Shown here one piece after another: positions 1-8,922 of a stretch of 50,420 bases of DNA (positions are counted from its first letter, which is position 1; each line of letters starts with the position of its first letter). The stretch comes from Candidatus Aminicenantes bacterium (GTDB lineage: Bacteria; Acidobacteriota; Aminicenantia; Aminicenantales; UBA4085). Made by a program: the position numbers and the translations under genes. The DNA lies in the NCBI GenBank assembly GCA_016931595.1, contig JAFGEN010000354.1, forward strand, positions 1-50,420, given 5' to 3'. The notes under the pieces were generated by a model, which searched no databases, was not told the origin of the DNA, and saw only the letters and a program-made list of their open reading frames with translations.

Positions 1-533
1 CGCGGTTTGTCGACGATTCGGACGCAAGGGACGGTCAAGGGACGGAGAGCGCTTCCGGCCGAACCGAACGCCTCCGGTGGAAGAAGCTGAAGGAGCGTCT
101 GGATTCCATGGAAAGCGCCGGCCGCGTTTTCGGCCGAAACTGAAACGGCCGCCGGCGTCACCGAAAGCTCATAACCCTCGGGACCCGCATCCGGCCCGCC
201 GCCGCGGCTGAGAAAGACGATCGGCGTCGATTCAACCGGCGGAGCGTCGGAAACCGAAAGCTCGAGGCCGAAGACGGTCCGCAGGCGATCCGCCAGAAAC
301 CGTCCGGCGGCGGCGAATTCCGCCTCCCCTGCCGGCACCGCGATCCGCCGGGCCGAAGAAAGGGCGAAGGCCCCGGCCTGGCGTTGAACGAGAAGAGGTT
401 TGGGAATGATCGTTTGCTCCGGCGGCAGGGCGCGAGGCGCCTCGACGGGCGAGGGCGCGGCGCAAGCCGACCAGACAACCGCCAGCCCGGCGGCCAGGAC
501 CGCGGCGGCGATGAATGCGCGGTATTTCTTCAT
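1..533 (-). CDS. Beta-N-acetylhexosaminidase (GH20), N-terminal part; gene continues beyond the left edge
   Basis: Not in the ORF track because there is no stop in the window. Own translation from ATG at 533 (RBS GAAGGAGG): MKKYRAFIAAAVLAAGLAVVWSAC (lipoprotein-like signal), then TIIPKP...EGYELSVT...AGAFHGIQTLLQL...VPCVRIVDKPR, the typical GH20b domain leading into the catalytic domain. Confidence 0.85.
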   Translation of the reverse strand, partial: MKKYRAFIAAAVLAAGLAVVWSACAAPSPVEAPRALPPEQTIIPKPLLVQRQAGAFALSSARRIAVPAGEAEFAAAGRFLADRLRTVFGLELSVSDAPPVESTPIVFLSRGGGPDAGPEGYELSVTPAAVSVSAENAAGAFHGIQTLLQLLPPEAFGSAGSALRPLTVPCVRIVDKP

Positions 534-630
534 GGGGGCCCTCCTTCGGAGGATTCGGACGGATTGTATCACCGGACTCCCGGTCCGGGAAATCGATTGC
601 ATTTCCCGGCAAGTTGAATATAATAATAAT

Positions 631-660
631 ATTAGTCGTATGACTAATTATTTTAGTCAT
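631..660. promoter_or_regulatory. Overlapping inverted repeats, putative operator upstream of the wHTH/nucleotidyltransferase pair
   Basis: ATTAGTC-GTAT-GACTAAT (631-648) overlaps ATGACTAA-TTATT-TTAGTCAT (640-660) in an AT-rich patch immediately before the GGAGA RBS of the gene at 672. Confidence 0.6.
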
Positions 661-671
661 GGAGAATCCTG

Positions 672-1001
672 ATGCTCGAACCTTTGCTCAATTCGGATAT
701 CAAGGAAAAAACTCTCCTTTTCATCTGGGCCAACGGAGAATCCTTCCCCCGGGAAATCGCCCGGACGTTCGGTTTCAACCTCCGGGCGGTTCAATATCAA
801 CTGAAAAATCTGGAAGAAGGCGCCGTCCTCTACAGTAAGCTGAAAGGGAAGGTTCGGCTCTATGGGTATAATCCACGGTATCCCTTCCGAAAGGAACTGA
901 CCGCCCTGCTGGACAAAGCATTGATGTTTTACCCCGAGAGCGAGCGCGCCCGGATCGTTCCCCTTCGCCTCCGTCCTCGGCGGGCGGGCAAGCCGTTATG
1001 A
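672..1001 (+). CDS. Winged helix-turn-helix protein (ArsR-like), putative antitoxin/regulator
   Basis: HTH-like segment FPREIARTFGFNLRAVQYQLKNLEEG followed by a wing; RBS GGAGA; ATGA overlap with the next gene. Confidence 0.75.
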   Translation: MLEPLLNSDIKEKTLLFIWANGESFPREIARTFGFNLRAVQYQLKNLEEGAVLYSKLKGKVRLYGYNPRYPFRKELTALLDKALMFYPESERARIVPLRLRPRRAGKPL

Positions 1002-1558
1002 GCGTCCCCAAACTCAAAGAAATCTCCCTTGCTCAACTGGCAGCCTTCGTCTCTGATCATCTGAACCGAAACGGCATCGAAGCCGTGTTGACGGGCGGCG
1101 CCTGCGTCTCCCTTTATACTCGAAACGCCTATGCGTCCTTCGACCTCGATTTCGTACTCGTTTCATTCGAGAAGAAACGGTTATTGAAGAAGGTCATGGA
1201 AGACATCGGCTTTCGCTTGGAGAGCGGTTGTTTCAGACATCGGGAGACGCCGTTTTTTATCGAATTTCTTCCCCCGCCTCCCTCGGTCGGGGAAGAGCCG
1301 GTCAAAGAGATCTCGACGATCGAAATGCATGGAAAAACGCTCAAGCTCTTATCTCCCACGGATTGCGTCAAGGACCGTTTGGCGGCTTTCTATCACTGGA
1401 ACGACCGGCCTTCGCTGGACCAAGCTCTTCTCGTGGCCTTGAATCAAAAATGCGACGTCGACGAGATCGGCCGTTGGTCGTCGGCGGAAAACATGAAGGA
1501 GAAATTCGAGACTTTTCGCTCCCGGTTGAGAAAAAGCCGGTCCCAAAAACAGGATTAG
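998..1558 (+). CDS. Pol-beta-superfamily nucleotidyltransferase-like protein, putative toxin
   Basis: VLTGGACVSLY...SFDLDFV matches the hG[GS]...DxD nucleotidyltransferase motif; translationally coupled to the wHTH gene. Confidence 0.65.
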   Translation: MSVPKLKEISLAQLAAFVSDHLNRNGIEAVLTGGACVSLYTRNAYASFDLDFVLVSFEKKRLLKKVMEDIGFRLESGCFRHRETPFFIEFLPPPPSVGEEPVKEISTIEMHGKTLKLLSPTDCVKDRLAAFYHWNDRPSLDQALLVALNQKCDVDEIGRWSSAENMKEKFETFRSRLRKSRSQKQD

Positions 1559-2463
1559 TCGAGCGGCAGGGCGGCCAGGCTCCAGGGGTCCACCCGGCTG
1601 TCGAGGACCCGGACGCTCCAATGCAAGTGCGGCCCGGTCGAGCGGCCGGTGCTTCCGACCTCGGCAATGATGTCGCCCTTGGCCACACGGTCTCCCCTTT
1701 TCACCCGCAGCTTGGAGAAATGGCAGTAATAGGTAAAGACACCAAGGCCGTGGTCGATGATGACAGTCTTGCCCGAATAGTAGAGCCCCGTGGCCAGGAC
1801 GACCCGGCCGGAGTTGGCCGCTCGGGCCGCGGTCCCGGCCGGGGCGGAAATATCCACTCCCGAATGGGTCGAAGCGATCCGGCCGTTGTATATCCGCTTC
1901 TGGCCGAAGTTCGGAAATGGCTCGAAACCAGGAAGCGGCGAGACGAAAGGCCCCGATCCCAGCCACGAAGGCGAAACCGCGGCCAGGAGATCGGCGACCA
2001 GAACGGATTCACGCCTGATCCGCTCGGCCTCCTCCGGCGGCGGGTTGACCATGCCGGGGGCGACGGTCAGCTTCGTTTGGGGGAAGTCGCGCGGCTCGAC
2101 GACGAGCTTGTGGAAGAGATTCTCCCGGGAGCCGTCGCGCCTTTCGACGCCTATCTCCATGAAATAAGCCTGGGGCTTGGCTCCGTAATCAATCCCAAGG
2201 AGGGCCGTCCCGGTCCCGGCGTCGAAATCGAATCTCCGCTTCTGGGTCCGCAGCCGGACGTCGATGCGTCGGACCGTCGGGTCGTTCCTGGATTTCACCA
2301 GGATGACCTCGCCCGGCTGAAGGGCCCGGCAGGTGAATTCCAAGGCGACTCCGGGCACATGAAAGGTCCGCAAGGCAGGCGCATCCTGCCCGCCGAAGGC
2401 CGGAGTCAACAACAAAACGACCGCCGCCCAGATGCTTTTTCGGCCTATTTTTAGATCGATCAT
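1555..2463 (-). CDS. M23 family metallopeptidase (peptidoglycan endopeptidase), secreted
   Basis: HSGVD (HxxxD) and GPHLHW (HxH) zinc motifs; N-terminal signal peptide. Confidence 0.9.
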   Translation of the reverse strand: MIDLKIGRKSIWAAVVLLLTPAFGGQDAPALRTFHVPGVALEFTCRALQPGEVILVKSRNDPTVRRIDVRLRTQKRRFDFDAGTGTALLGIDYGAKPQAYFMEIGVERRDGSRENLFHKLVVEPRDFPQTKLTVAPGMVNPPPEEAERIRRESVLVADLLAAVSPSWLGSGPFVSPLPGFEPFPNFGQKRIYNGRIASTHSGVDISAPAGTAARAANSGRVVLATGLYYSGKTVIIDHGLGVFTYYCHFSKLRVKRGDRVAKGDIIAEVGSTGRSTGPHLHWSVRVLDSRVDPWSLAALPLD

Positions 2464-2494
2464 TGTTTTCTTATGATAACAAAAGAAATTCCGG

Positions 2495-3325
2495 TCAGAA
2501 AAAAAACGACAAGGTCACCGACCGGCGGTCGCGGCCGGCGTCGAGCGAAACCCGGAGGGAGTTTCCGCCCCTGTTCAGGGCGTTGAGCGCTCGGGCGGTG
2601 AAATACCCGACCAGCGAGCCGGCCACCGCGTCGGAAGGCCAATGCTTCCGGTCGTGAACCCGGTAGACGGCGGCCAACCCCGCGGCTGTATAGGCCAGGG
2701 CGTCGATCCAGAACGACTCCGAATTCGCGGCGATCGTCGCGGCCACGGCGAAGGCCCCGGCCGCGTCTCCCGAGACGAATGACGCGTAGCGCCCCTTAAA
2801 CGAGAAGGGATGGTACGAGGCCGGTCCTTCCCCGGCGTAAGGCCGGGCCCGGCCGACGACGATCTTGATCGCCGTGACCATGGCCGAGGCGGCCAGAAAG
2901 CTTTCGAAACCGACCAGAGCGGTCTTCCGGACAGACCGGGAATCGAAGATCTCTCCCCCGCCGTAGAGGACCGCCAAGAAGGCCGTGAGATATCCCCCGT
3001 TCCCGATTTTCGAGATGACCGGGGAGGCATCCATCGACGCCTCGGTCTTCCCGTCCTGGATCCAGTCGAAGAGATCGCGGTCGAAGGCCAGAAACAGTCC
3101 GGTCGCGCCCGCGGCCGCGGCCAGGGTCAGAAAATCGTTGCCGTCCCAGCGGATGGGAGCGGTCCAGGCGGTCCAGCAATCGGCGGGAATCCGGCCCAGG
3201 TATCTTCCATTGAGCCGCCAATCGAGATTCTCCGGCAGGTCCTCGAACGCTCCCTCCGCCGGTATAAGGCCGGCCCAAAAGATCATGGCCGTCAACACGA
3301 CCGCCGCCGTCCGCCGACTACGCAT
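2495..3325 (-). CDS. PAP2-family phosphatase with a variant C2 motif
   Basis: KIVVGRARP (C1), VSGD in place of PSGH (C2), YRVHDRKHWPSD (C3); signal peptide; start overlaps the end of waaA. Confidence 0.8.
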   Translation of the reverse strand: MRSRRTAAVVLTAMIFWAGLIPAEGAFEDLPENLDWRLNGRYLGRIPADCWTAWTAPIRWDGNDFLTLAAAAGATGLFLAFDRDLFDWIQDGKTEASMDASPVISKIGNGGYLTAFLAVLYGGGEIFDSRSVRKTALVGFESFLAASAMVTAIKIVVGRARPYAGEGPASYHPFSFKGRYASFVSGDAAGAFAVAATIAANSESFWIDALAYTAAGLAAVYRVHDRKHWPSDAVAGSLVGYFTARALNALNRGGNSLRVSLDAGRDRRSVTLSFFF

Positions 3326-4595
3326 GCGGTCCTCCTACCAACGATTCGATGGCGGTGACAGCCCGGCCTGTCGCCCCCTGGAGCGAGGTCAAGATTTCCT
3401 TGGCCTTTCGGCCCATACCGGCCATCGCCTCCAGGTCGGCGAAGCTGAAAAAGGAGGCGATTTCCTCGGGAGTCCGGACGGTCTTCGCCCCTCCGCCGAG
3501 TTCAAAGGTTTCAGCCAGGACGGCGAAATTGTTCATGTGCGGTCCGAAGATGATCGGCTTCGCATAAAATGCCGGCTCCAGGAGATTTTGCCCGCCCCAG
3601 GGAACCAAGCTTCCTCCGACAAAGGCCAGGTCGGCCACGGCATAGGTCCGGGCCAGATCTCCGATGGCGTTCAGAAGGAGCACATCCCAGCCGGTCGAAG
3701 GATCGAGCCCCGATCTCGTCTGGACGGCGAGGCCTTTTCCCGATTCCGCCTCGCGGAAGCCGGCGAATTTCTCCGGGTGCCGGGGAGCGAGAATCAACCG
3801 GAGACCGGGGCGGCCGCGACGGGCGATTCTGAAGGCCTCCAGGAGGATAGGCTCCTCGCCGGGATGGATGCTCCCGGCAACGATGACCTTGTCCCCGCTC
3901 TGAATCCCGAGTTCACGTTTGAAGGCCTCCAGCTCCGCGGCCGAAAGCGCGGGCAGGCGGGTTTCGCATTTGAGGTTGCCCGAGGTCCGGATTTTTTCCG
4001 GACGGACGCCGAGCGTCTCCAGGCGGTCCCGGTCGAGCTCCGTCTGGACCAGGAACCGGTCGACGCGGCCCAGGAGCCGAAGGGCCAGCGGCCTGATGCA
4101 GCGCATTCTGGAAAACGTCCGGCCGGAGATCCGGCCGTTGACCACGAGAACCGGACAGCCGCGCCGCCGGGCTTCCCGCAACATCCGCGGCCAGTATTCG
4201 GATTCGACCAGAACCAGGAGGGAGGGCCGGAATCGGGAGAAAACGCGCTTGACCGAAAAACCCAGGTCGAAGGGAACGAAAAAGAGGTGGTCGGCGCCCC
4301 GGATGGTCCGGCGGGCGGCGGCGTAGCCCGTGTTGGTCAAGACGGAACACCCGATCTCCCAATCCGGATGGGCGTCCCGGACCGCTCCCACCAGGCTTTG
4401 AAGGGAGAGGACCTCGCCGACGGATACGGCATGGATCCAGAGGAACGGCCGCTTGCCCCCGGGCCGTGGAAGATCCAAGCCAAGCCGCTTTTTCAAATGG
4501 AGCGGCTGCCCCTTCCGGACCCGCAGCCGCAGCCAGTAGGCCGGCAGGATCGCCGCCAGGGCGAGGATCATGAGCAGGTCATAGAGGACAAACAC
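3318..4595 (-). CDS. waaA: 3-deoxy-D-manno-octulosonic acid (Kdo) transferase
   Basis: WIHAVSVGE, PFD, ESEYWP, NGRIS, GNLK, APRHPE, FVGGSL, GGQNLLEPA, GPHMNNF. Start placed at GTG 4595 before the N-terminal TM helix; the ORF track start at 4745 is likely too long. Confidence 0.93.
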   Translation of the reverse strand: MFVLYDLLMILALAAILPAYWLRLRVRKGQPLHLKKRLGLDLPRPGGKRPFLWIHAVSVGEVLSLQSLVGAVRDAHPDWEIGCSVLTNTGYAAARRTIRGADHLFFVPFDLGFSVKRVFSRFRPSLLVLVESEYWPRMLREARRRGCPVLVVNGRISGRTFSRMRCIRPLALRLLGRVDRFLVQTELDRDRLETLGVRPEKIRTSGNLKCETRLPALSAAELEAFKRELGIQSGDKVIVAGSIHPGEEPILLEAFRIARRGRPGLRLILAPRHPEKFAGFREAESGKGLAVQTRSGLDPSTGWDVLLLNAIGDLARTYAVADLAFVGGSLVPWGGQNLLEPAFYAKPIIFGPHMNNFAVLAETFELGGGAKTVRTPEEIASFFSFADLEAMAGMGRKAKEILTSLQGATGRAVTAIESLVGGPHA

Positions 4596-4638
4596 GATTG
4601 TCAGAATATACCGGAATCGCAGACCGTTTTCCAGGCGG

Positions 4639-6546
4639 TTATCGTTGACTCCCAAGAAGCCGCCGATGGGCGGAGAAATCGTTGACGGCAATCCCGGCAA
4701 ACGACGGATAGACCGAAAGCTCGCCCGCCGTTTGCGCCATGGCAAGCTTTAACAGATCCCCCCCGAGAAGGGCGAAGCTGACCGCCGCCGACGGAATTTC
4801 GGGAGCCAGGTAGACCGGCCACCAGAACGAGGCCTTCCCGGTGTCGCTTAACCTTCCCTGAAGGTCGGCCGCCGCCGAAGGCTCCAAGACATTGATTGTC
4901 ATCTCCTCCGCCGCGCCCGAAAGGCAGATAAAAAACGGCGCGTTGGGGAAGGAAAAGGGGTCGGGCGCAGGTGCGCCGCGAAAGGTGAAAACCCTTTCGC
5001 CCTCGACGGGCCGGGTTTCCAGGCCCACGTAGATTTTCTTGCCGGTTCGCGAAGCATAGGCCAATTCGCCCACGGCCTGGGCCATGATTCCCTCCACTCC
5101 CCCCGTCGAAGTCCGGCGTACGCCCACGTTCACCCGGTCGCAAAGATCGATGACATGCTCGTAAACCGGCTTGGTCCGGCCGGAGAGGTCGGCCGACATG
5201 ACACCGCCCGAGGAAGGCTCGACCTGGTCGAACCAGGACGGGATATCCACGCCGAACGAAAGCCGTCCGGACCGGGCCAGGCCGGCGGCATCGGAGAGGA
5301 TTCGGAGATACTGGGCCAGGATATCGCCCCGCTTGGAGGCGTAGAATCCCGGAAGAAGGTGGGCTTCGATGTCCAGCTGAATTCCCGAAAACCGGGCTTG
5401 GGCCGCGACCCTCGAATTGAAATCGATGATGCCCTTGATCGCATTTTTCACAAACGCGTGATTGCGGGAAAGGGCGAGTTCCTTGTCCCCGAGCAAGGCT
5501 GCCGTTTCGATGCCCTTCTGCCGAAGGAGCATCATCAGGCCGCCCATCTCGGTCTCGTCGAAGGCGAACGAACCGAATTTGAACGGAATATTCATATAAA
5601 TCAGGTTGATGCCCTCCGCGGCCAAGTGGGTCAGGAGGGCGTTTTGCTCGGCTCGGGAGGACATGACCTGTTCGGTATTCCAGACCCAGGCCGCTGTTGC
5701 GTCCGTTCGGGGCTTGGGTGGTTCGACGGGCAGGGAGTCGGGATGATTGGCTAGGGCCAAACCCTTGACTTCGAGCCGGTAAGCCCCAGGGGAAACGAAT
5801 TCGATGACGAAGGTGCCCAGGTTCTTCCGGTCGAGGCCGCCGGGCAGGGCCTCCAGGGGAATGGCGGCCAGCTGCCAATGGGGCTCGATTTTCTTGGAGG
5901 GGACAAAAGAGGCGATCGGTCCGATTGCGACCGAATCTTCGCGCTTCTGCCAAGCCGCGTCGGCCAGCTTGATGTTGGCCTCGGGTCCGGCTGCGGTTCC
6001 CCTGACCCAGAAGACAAGGTGGCTGAACAAGCCTCCGTTGAGATACTCCCGGGTCAACGGTTCCCCGTTGGTTTCGATCAGATGAACCCAGGCGCCGCAC
6101 CACCCGTCCTTTTCCCGCTGGGCGGTCAGAACCATACTCTCCATTCCGTCGGTCCCCGGCCCGACCTCGAGCTGGGCCGTACTCGGGGCTCCCTGGAAGG
6201 CGCCGAAATTGCCCCCGAGCGAGTGGGGCGGAGGCGTCACGAAGTTGGAAACGAGAAAATAATCCCCGTTGAACGCGGCCGGTTTCGACCCTCCCTTCCG
6301 GCCGGACCGGATCTCTTTCGAAAGAAAGCGGATGTTCAGGACGTCCCCCGACGCCTGCCGGACCATTGTCAGTTCACCGCCCCGGATCGCTTCGGCCGAG
6401 CTCAAGCCCCAGTCCAGGGGACTGACGGCGGATGAAAGGCTGAGTTCCTTTTTCTGGGGGGGTTCGCCTCCGGAGGCGGGAACGACGGGCAACGCATTCG
6501 CGAGAAAAAAGACAATCAACGGAACCGAGATGACGGCTTTTCTCAT
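4639..6546 (-). CDS. Secreted protein with a CBM-like beta-sandwich and a glycoside-hydrolase-like TIM barrel (paralog B)
   Basis: Signal peptide MRKAVISVPLIVFFLANA; LVFWVRG...WQLAAIPL domain; AWVWN...FSGIQLDIEAH...KKIYVGLET barrel; extensive similarity to 6624-8573. Confidence 0.65.
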   Translation of the reverse strand: MRKAVISVPLIVFFLANALPVVPASGGEPPQKKELSLSSAVSPLDWGLSSAEAIRGGELTMVRQASGDVLNIRFLSKEIRSGRKGGSKPAAFNGDYFLVSNFVTPPPHSLGGNFGAFQGAPSTAQLEVGPGTDGMESMVLTAQREKDGWCGAWVHLIETNGEPLTREYLNGGLFSHLVFWVRGTAAGPEANIKLADAAWQKREDSVAIGPIASFVPSKKIEPHWQLAAIPLEALPGGLDRKNLGTFVIEFVSPGAYRLEVKGLALANHPDSLPVEPPKPRTDATAAWVWNTEQVMSSRAEQNALLTHLAAEGINLIYMNIPFKFGSFAFDETEMGGLMMLLRQKGIETAALLGDKELALSRNHAFVKNAIKGIIDFNSRVAAQARFSGIQLDIEAHLLPGFYASKRGDILAQYLRILSDAAGLARSGRLSFGVDIPSWFDQVEPSSGGVMSADLSGRTKPVYEHVIDLCDRVNVGVRRTSTGGVEGIMAQAVGELAYASRTGKKIYVGLETRPVEGERVFTFRGAPAPDPFSFPNAPFFICLSGAAEEMTINVLEPSAAADLQGRLSDTGKASFWWPVYLAPEIPSAAVSFALLGGDLLKLAMAQTAGELSVYPSFAGIAVNDFSAHRRLLGSQR

Positions 6547-6623
6547 TATACCGGTCATCATAGGGGCAGGGAGGAAAATCGCAATCGCCTTTTGGGGTGA
6601 GAAGGGGGACGATTCCCGGGACC

Positions 6624-8573
6624 TCAGGGCGTGGGCCCGGATTCTTCCTCCGAAACGAGCTTGCGGTGATAGGTCGCGTTGTGAAAAGCGATGCCGGCAA
6701 ACGACGGGTAGAGGGACAGCTCGGCCGCCGTTTCCAAGGCCACCCGACGAAGTTTGTCCGGGCCGTGGAAAATGAAGCTGATTGACGAGCCCGAGACCAG
6801 GGGGACATGGAATACAGGCCACCAAAAGGCGGCCGGCCCCCCGCCTCCCCTTCCCAGCTCTTCTTGGAAAACAGCCGCCTCGGCTGCGGCCAGAAGGGTC
6901 AAGGTCGGCTCCGGACCGGAGCCGGAGATACAGATGTAAGCTGGCGCCTTCGGAAGGGCGTCCGGCCGCAGGGCCGGCGCCCCGCGGAAGGTGAACAATC
7001 GCTCGTCGTCAATGGGAGCGGTTTCAAGTCCAATGTAGACCTTTTTCCCGACCTTGGCGGCATAGGCTAGCTCTCCCGCGGCCTGGGCGATGGTCCCGTT
7101 GAGGCCCGAAGATGTCGTCCGATAATCCATCAGGGTAACTTGATCGCAGATGTCAATCAAGTGTTCATAGACCGGCTTCGTCCGTCCGCCGTAAGTTGTG
7201 GTCAGGACGTCCTCGGAGTATTCGTTGACCGCATCGAACCAGGGGGGGGTGTCCGCCCCGAACGTCAAGTCGGCCGACCGGGCGAGACCGCCCGCCTCGG
7301 CCAGGATCGAGATGAAATTCTTCAAGAGAATCCCTCGAGCGCGGCTGTTGAAACCGATGCAGAGATACGGCTCGATATCGACGTGGATCCCCGAAAATCG
7401 GGCCGGTTCCGGCACCCGGCCGTTGTACGAAATGATGTCGTCAATCGTCTTGCGGACGAAGGCATGGTTCTCAGCCAGGACGAGCGTTTTATCGCCGAAA
7501 AGGGCGTGAGTCCGAATTCCCCTTTCGAACAGCCTCTCGACCAGGGGAGCCAGAAGTGAATCGTCCAGGACGACTGCCCCGGACCGGTACGGCAGGGACA
7601 GATGGACGAGATCGATCTTTTCCCGGGTCAGGTGATCCAGAAGCATCAACAGTTGCTCATTCGAACGGCAGACATCCTCGGTGTTCCAGACCCAGGTCGC
7701 CCGCGACGGCGTGACGGGCGGAGGAGGAGCCGAAGGCGGAGCCTGGCCTGGATTGGCCAAGGCCAGCCCTTTGACCTCGATCCGGTGGGATCCGGGAGTC
7801 GTGACTTCGAAGACAAGCGAAGCCAAGGCTCGGCGATCGAGGTTTCCGGGCAAGGCTGAAAGCGGAATGACGGCCAACTGCCATTCGGTTTCGATCCTCC
7901 CTCGGGGAAGGAATGAGGCGACCGGCCCGACCGCCGCCGCATCGTCCCTTCGAAACCAGGCAGAATCCGCAAGCTTGAGTGTCACCTCGAGGCCGGGGAC
8001 GTCGCTCCTGACCCAAAAAACGAGGAAGGAGAACGGGTCGGTATTCAAAAACGCCCGCGTTTCCTGTTCCCCGAACGTGTCGATAAGATGGATCCAGGCT
8101 CCGCAGAATCCCTCCTCCCCTTTCAGCGTTGAAATCACGAGAGCGTTCCGGCCCTCGGTCGTCGTCCGGACCTCAGCTGCGGCCGCGCTCGGCGCCCGGG
8201 AAAAGGACCCGACCCCTCCCCCGAGGGTGTTGGGAGGCGGAGAGTCGAAATTCGAGATTAAGAAATAATCGCCGTTGAAGACCTCCGGCCTGGTTCCCGG
8301 CGTCGAAATGGTCCGGAAAATATCGGAGAAAAAATGGACGGTCAGAATCTCCCCTTCCGCCTTTCTCACGGCCGAAACACGGCCGAAACGGATCGCCCCG
8401 GCTGAATCGAGCTCCCAATCCTTGAGGGAGATCTTCATGGATAGACGGCGCGTCGCCTCGGCCGCGGCGACCGCCTGGCCGCGGCCTTCCGTCGGAGCCG
8501 GTCCTGCCCCGCCTGTGAAGACCAGGAAGAGCAAAGCCAGGACTGCGGGGCGGAATTCCCGAAACGAATTCAT
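6624..8573 (-). CDS. Secreted protein with a CBM-like beta-sandwich and a glycoside-hydrolase-like TIM barrel (paralog A)
   Basis: Signal peptide MNSFREFRPAVLALLFLVFTGGA; LVFWVRS...WQLAVIPL; TWVWN...FSGIHVDIEPY...LMDYR...KKVYIGLET. Confidence 0.65.
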   Translation of the reverse strand: MNSFREFRPAVLALLFLVFTGGAGPAPTEGRGQAVAAAEATRRLSMKISLKDWELDSAGAIRFGRVSAVRKAEGEILTVHFFSDIFRTISTPGTRPEVFNGDYFLISNFDSPPPNTLGGGVGSFSRAPSAAAAEVRTTTEGRNALVISTLKGEEGFCGAWIHLIDTFGEQETRAFLNTDPFSFLVFWVRSDVPGLEVTLKLADSAWFRRDDAAAVGPVASFLPRGRIETEWQLAVIPLSALPGNLDRRALASLVFEVTTPGSHRIEVKGLALANPGQAPPSAPPPPVTPSRATWVWNTEDVCRSNEQLLMLLDHLTREKIDLVHLSLPYRSGAVVLDDSLLAPLVERLFERGIRTHALFGDKTLVLAENHAFVRKTIDDIISYNGRVPEPARFSGIHVDIEPYLCIGFNSRARGILLKNFISILAEAGGLARSADLTFGADTPPWFDAVNEYSEDVLTTTYGGRTKPVYEHLIDICDQVTLMDYRTTSSGLNGTIAQAAGELAYAAKVGKKVYIGLETAPIDDERLFTFRGAPALRPDALPKAPAYICISGSGPEPTLTLLAAAEAAVFQEELGRGGGGPAAFWWPVFHVPLVSGSSISFIFHGPDKLRRVALETAAELSLYPSFAGIAFHNATYHRKLVSEEESGPTP

Positions 8574-8670
8574 GTCCACATCACATATCCTAATGATTTT
8601 CCCGCCCATTTCAACATCCAGGTATGATCCCTTTTTTCTGACTCTGATCGGAGAAAATAAAGAGATTCGC

Positions 8671-8699
8671 TGGCAATCTCCCCTTCTTTCTGGTATACT
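8671..8699 (+). promoter_or_regulatory. Sigma70-type promoter for the small ORF at 8749
   Basis: TGGCAA (8671-8676), 17 bp spacer, TATACT (8694-8699) with extended -10 TG at 8691-8692. Confidence 0.6.
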
Positions 8700-8748
8700 C
8701 CGTCCGAAAATTAATGAATGAGACTCTAAGTTCAAAGGAACAATGACG

Positions 8749-8922
8749 ATGGCTGACGAAACGAAGCCCGAAGACGGAAAAACCGCCAAGCGGAAGAAAA
8801 TCAACAAGCTGCCGGTCGCCGAAATCGACGCCAAGCTGGCCGCCGCCGGTTCGGCCCAGGGCGGCTTCCGTTCCCGGTACGCTAAACAGCTGCAGCTGCG
8901 CAAAAAAGCCCTCGGGAAGTAA
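8749..8922 (+). CDS. Small basic hypothetical protein (57 aa)
   Basis: Below the ORF-track size cutoff. RBS AAAGGA 9 nt upstream, own promoter, GC3-rich codons: MADETKPEDGKTAKRKKINKLPVAEIDAKLAAAGSAQGGFRSRYAKQLQLRKKALGK. Confidence 0.75.
   Translation: MADETKPEDGKTAKRKKINKLPVAEIDAKLAAAGSAQGGFRSRYAKQLQLRKKALGK

Noticed and set aside
158-672. Several short ORFs in the track at the left edge
   Set aside because: Superseded by the GH20 reading frame (<1..533, minus), which has an RBS, a signal peptide and family motifs.
8623-8637. TATGATCCCTTTTTT upstream of the tandem CBM/TIM-barrel genes, loosely like TATCACCCTTTTT
   Set aside because: It needs a gap and a mismatch to align; too weak to assign to the proposed regulon.
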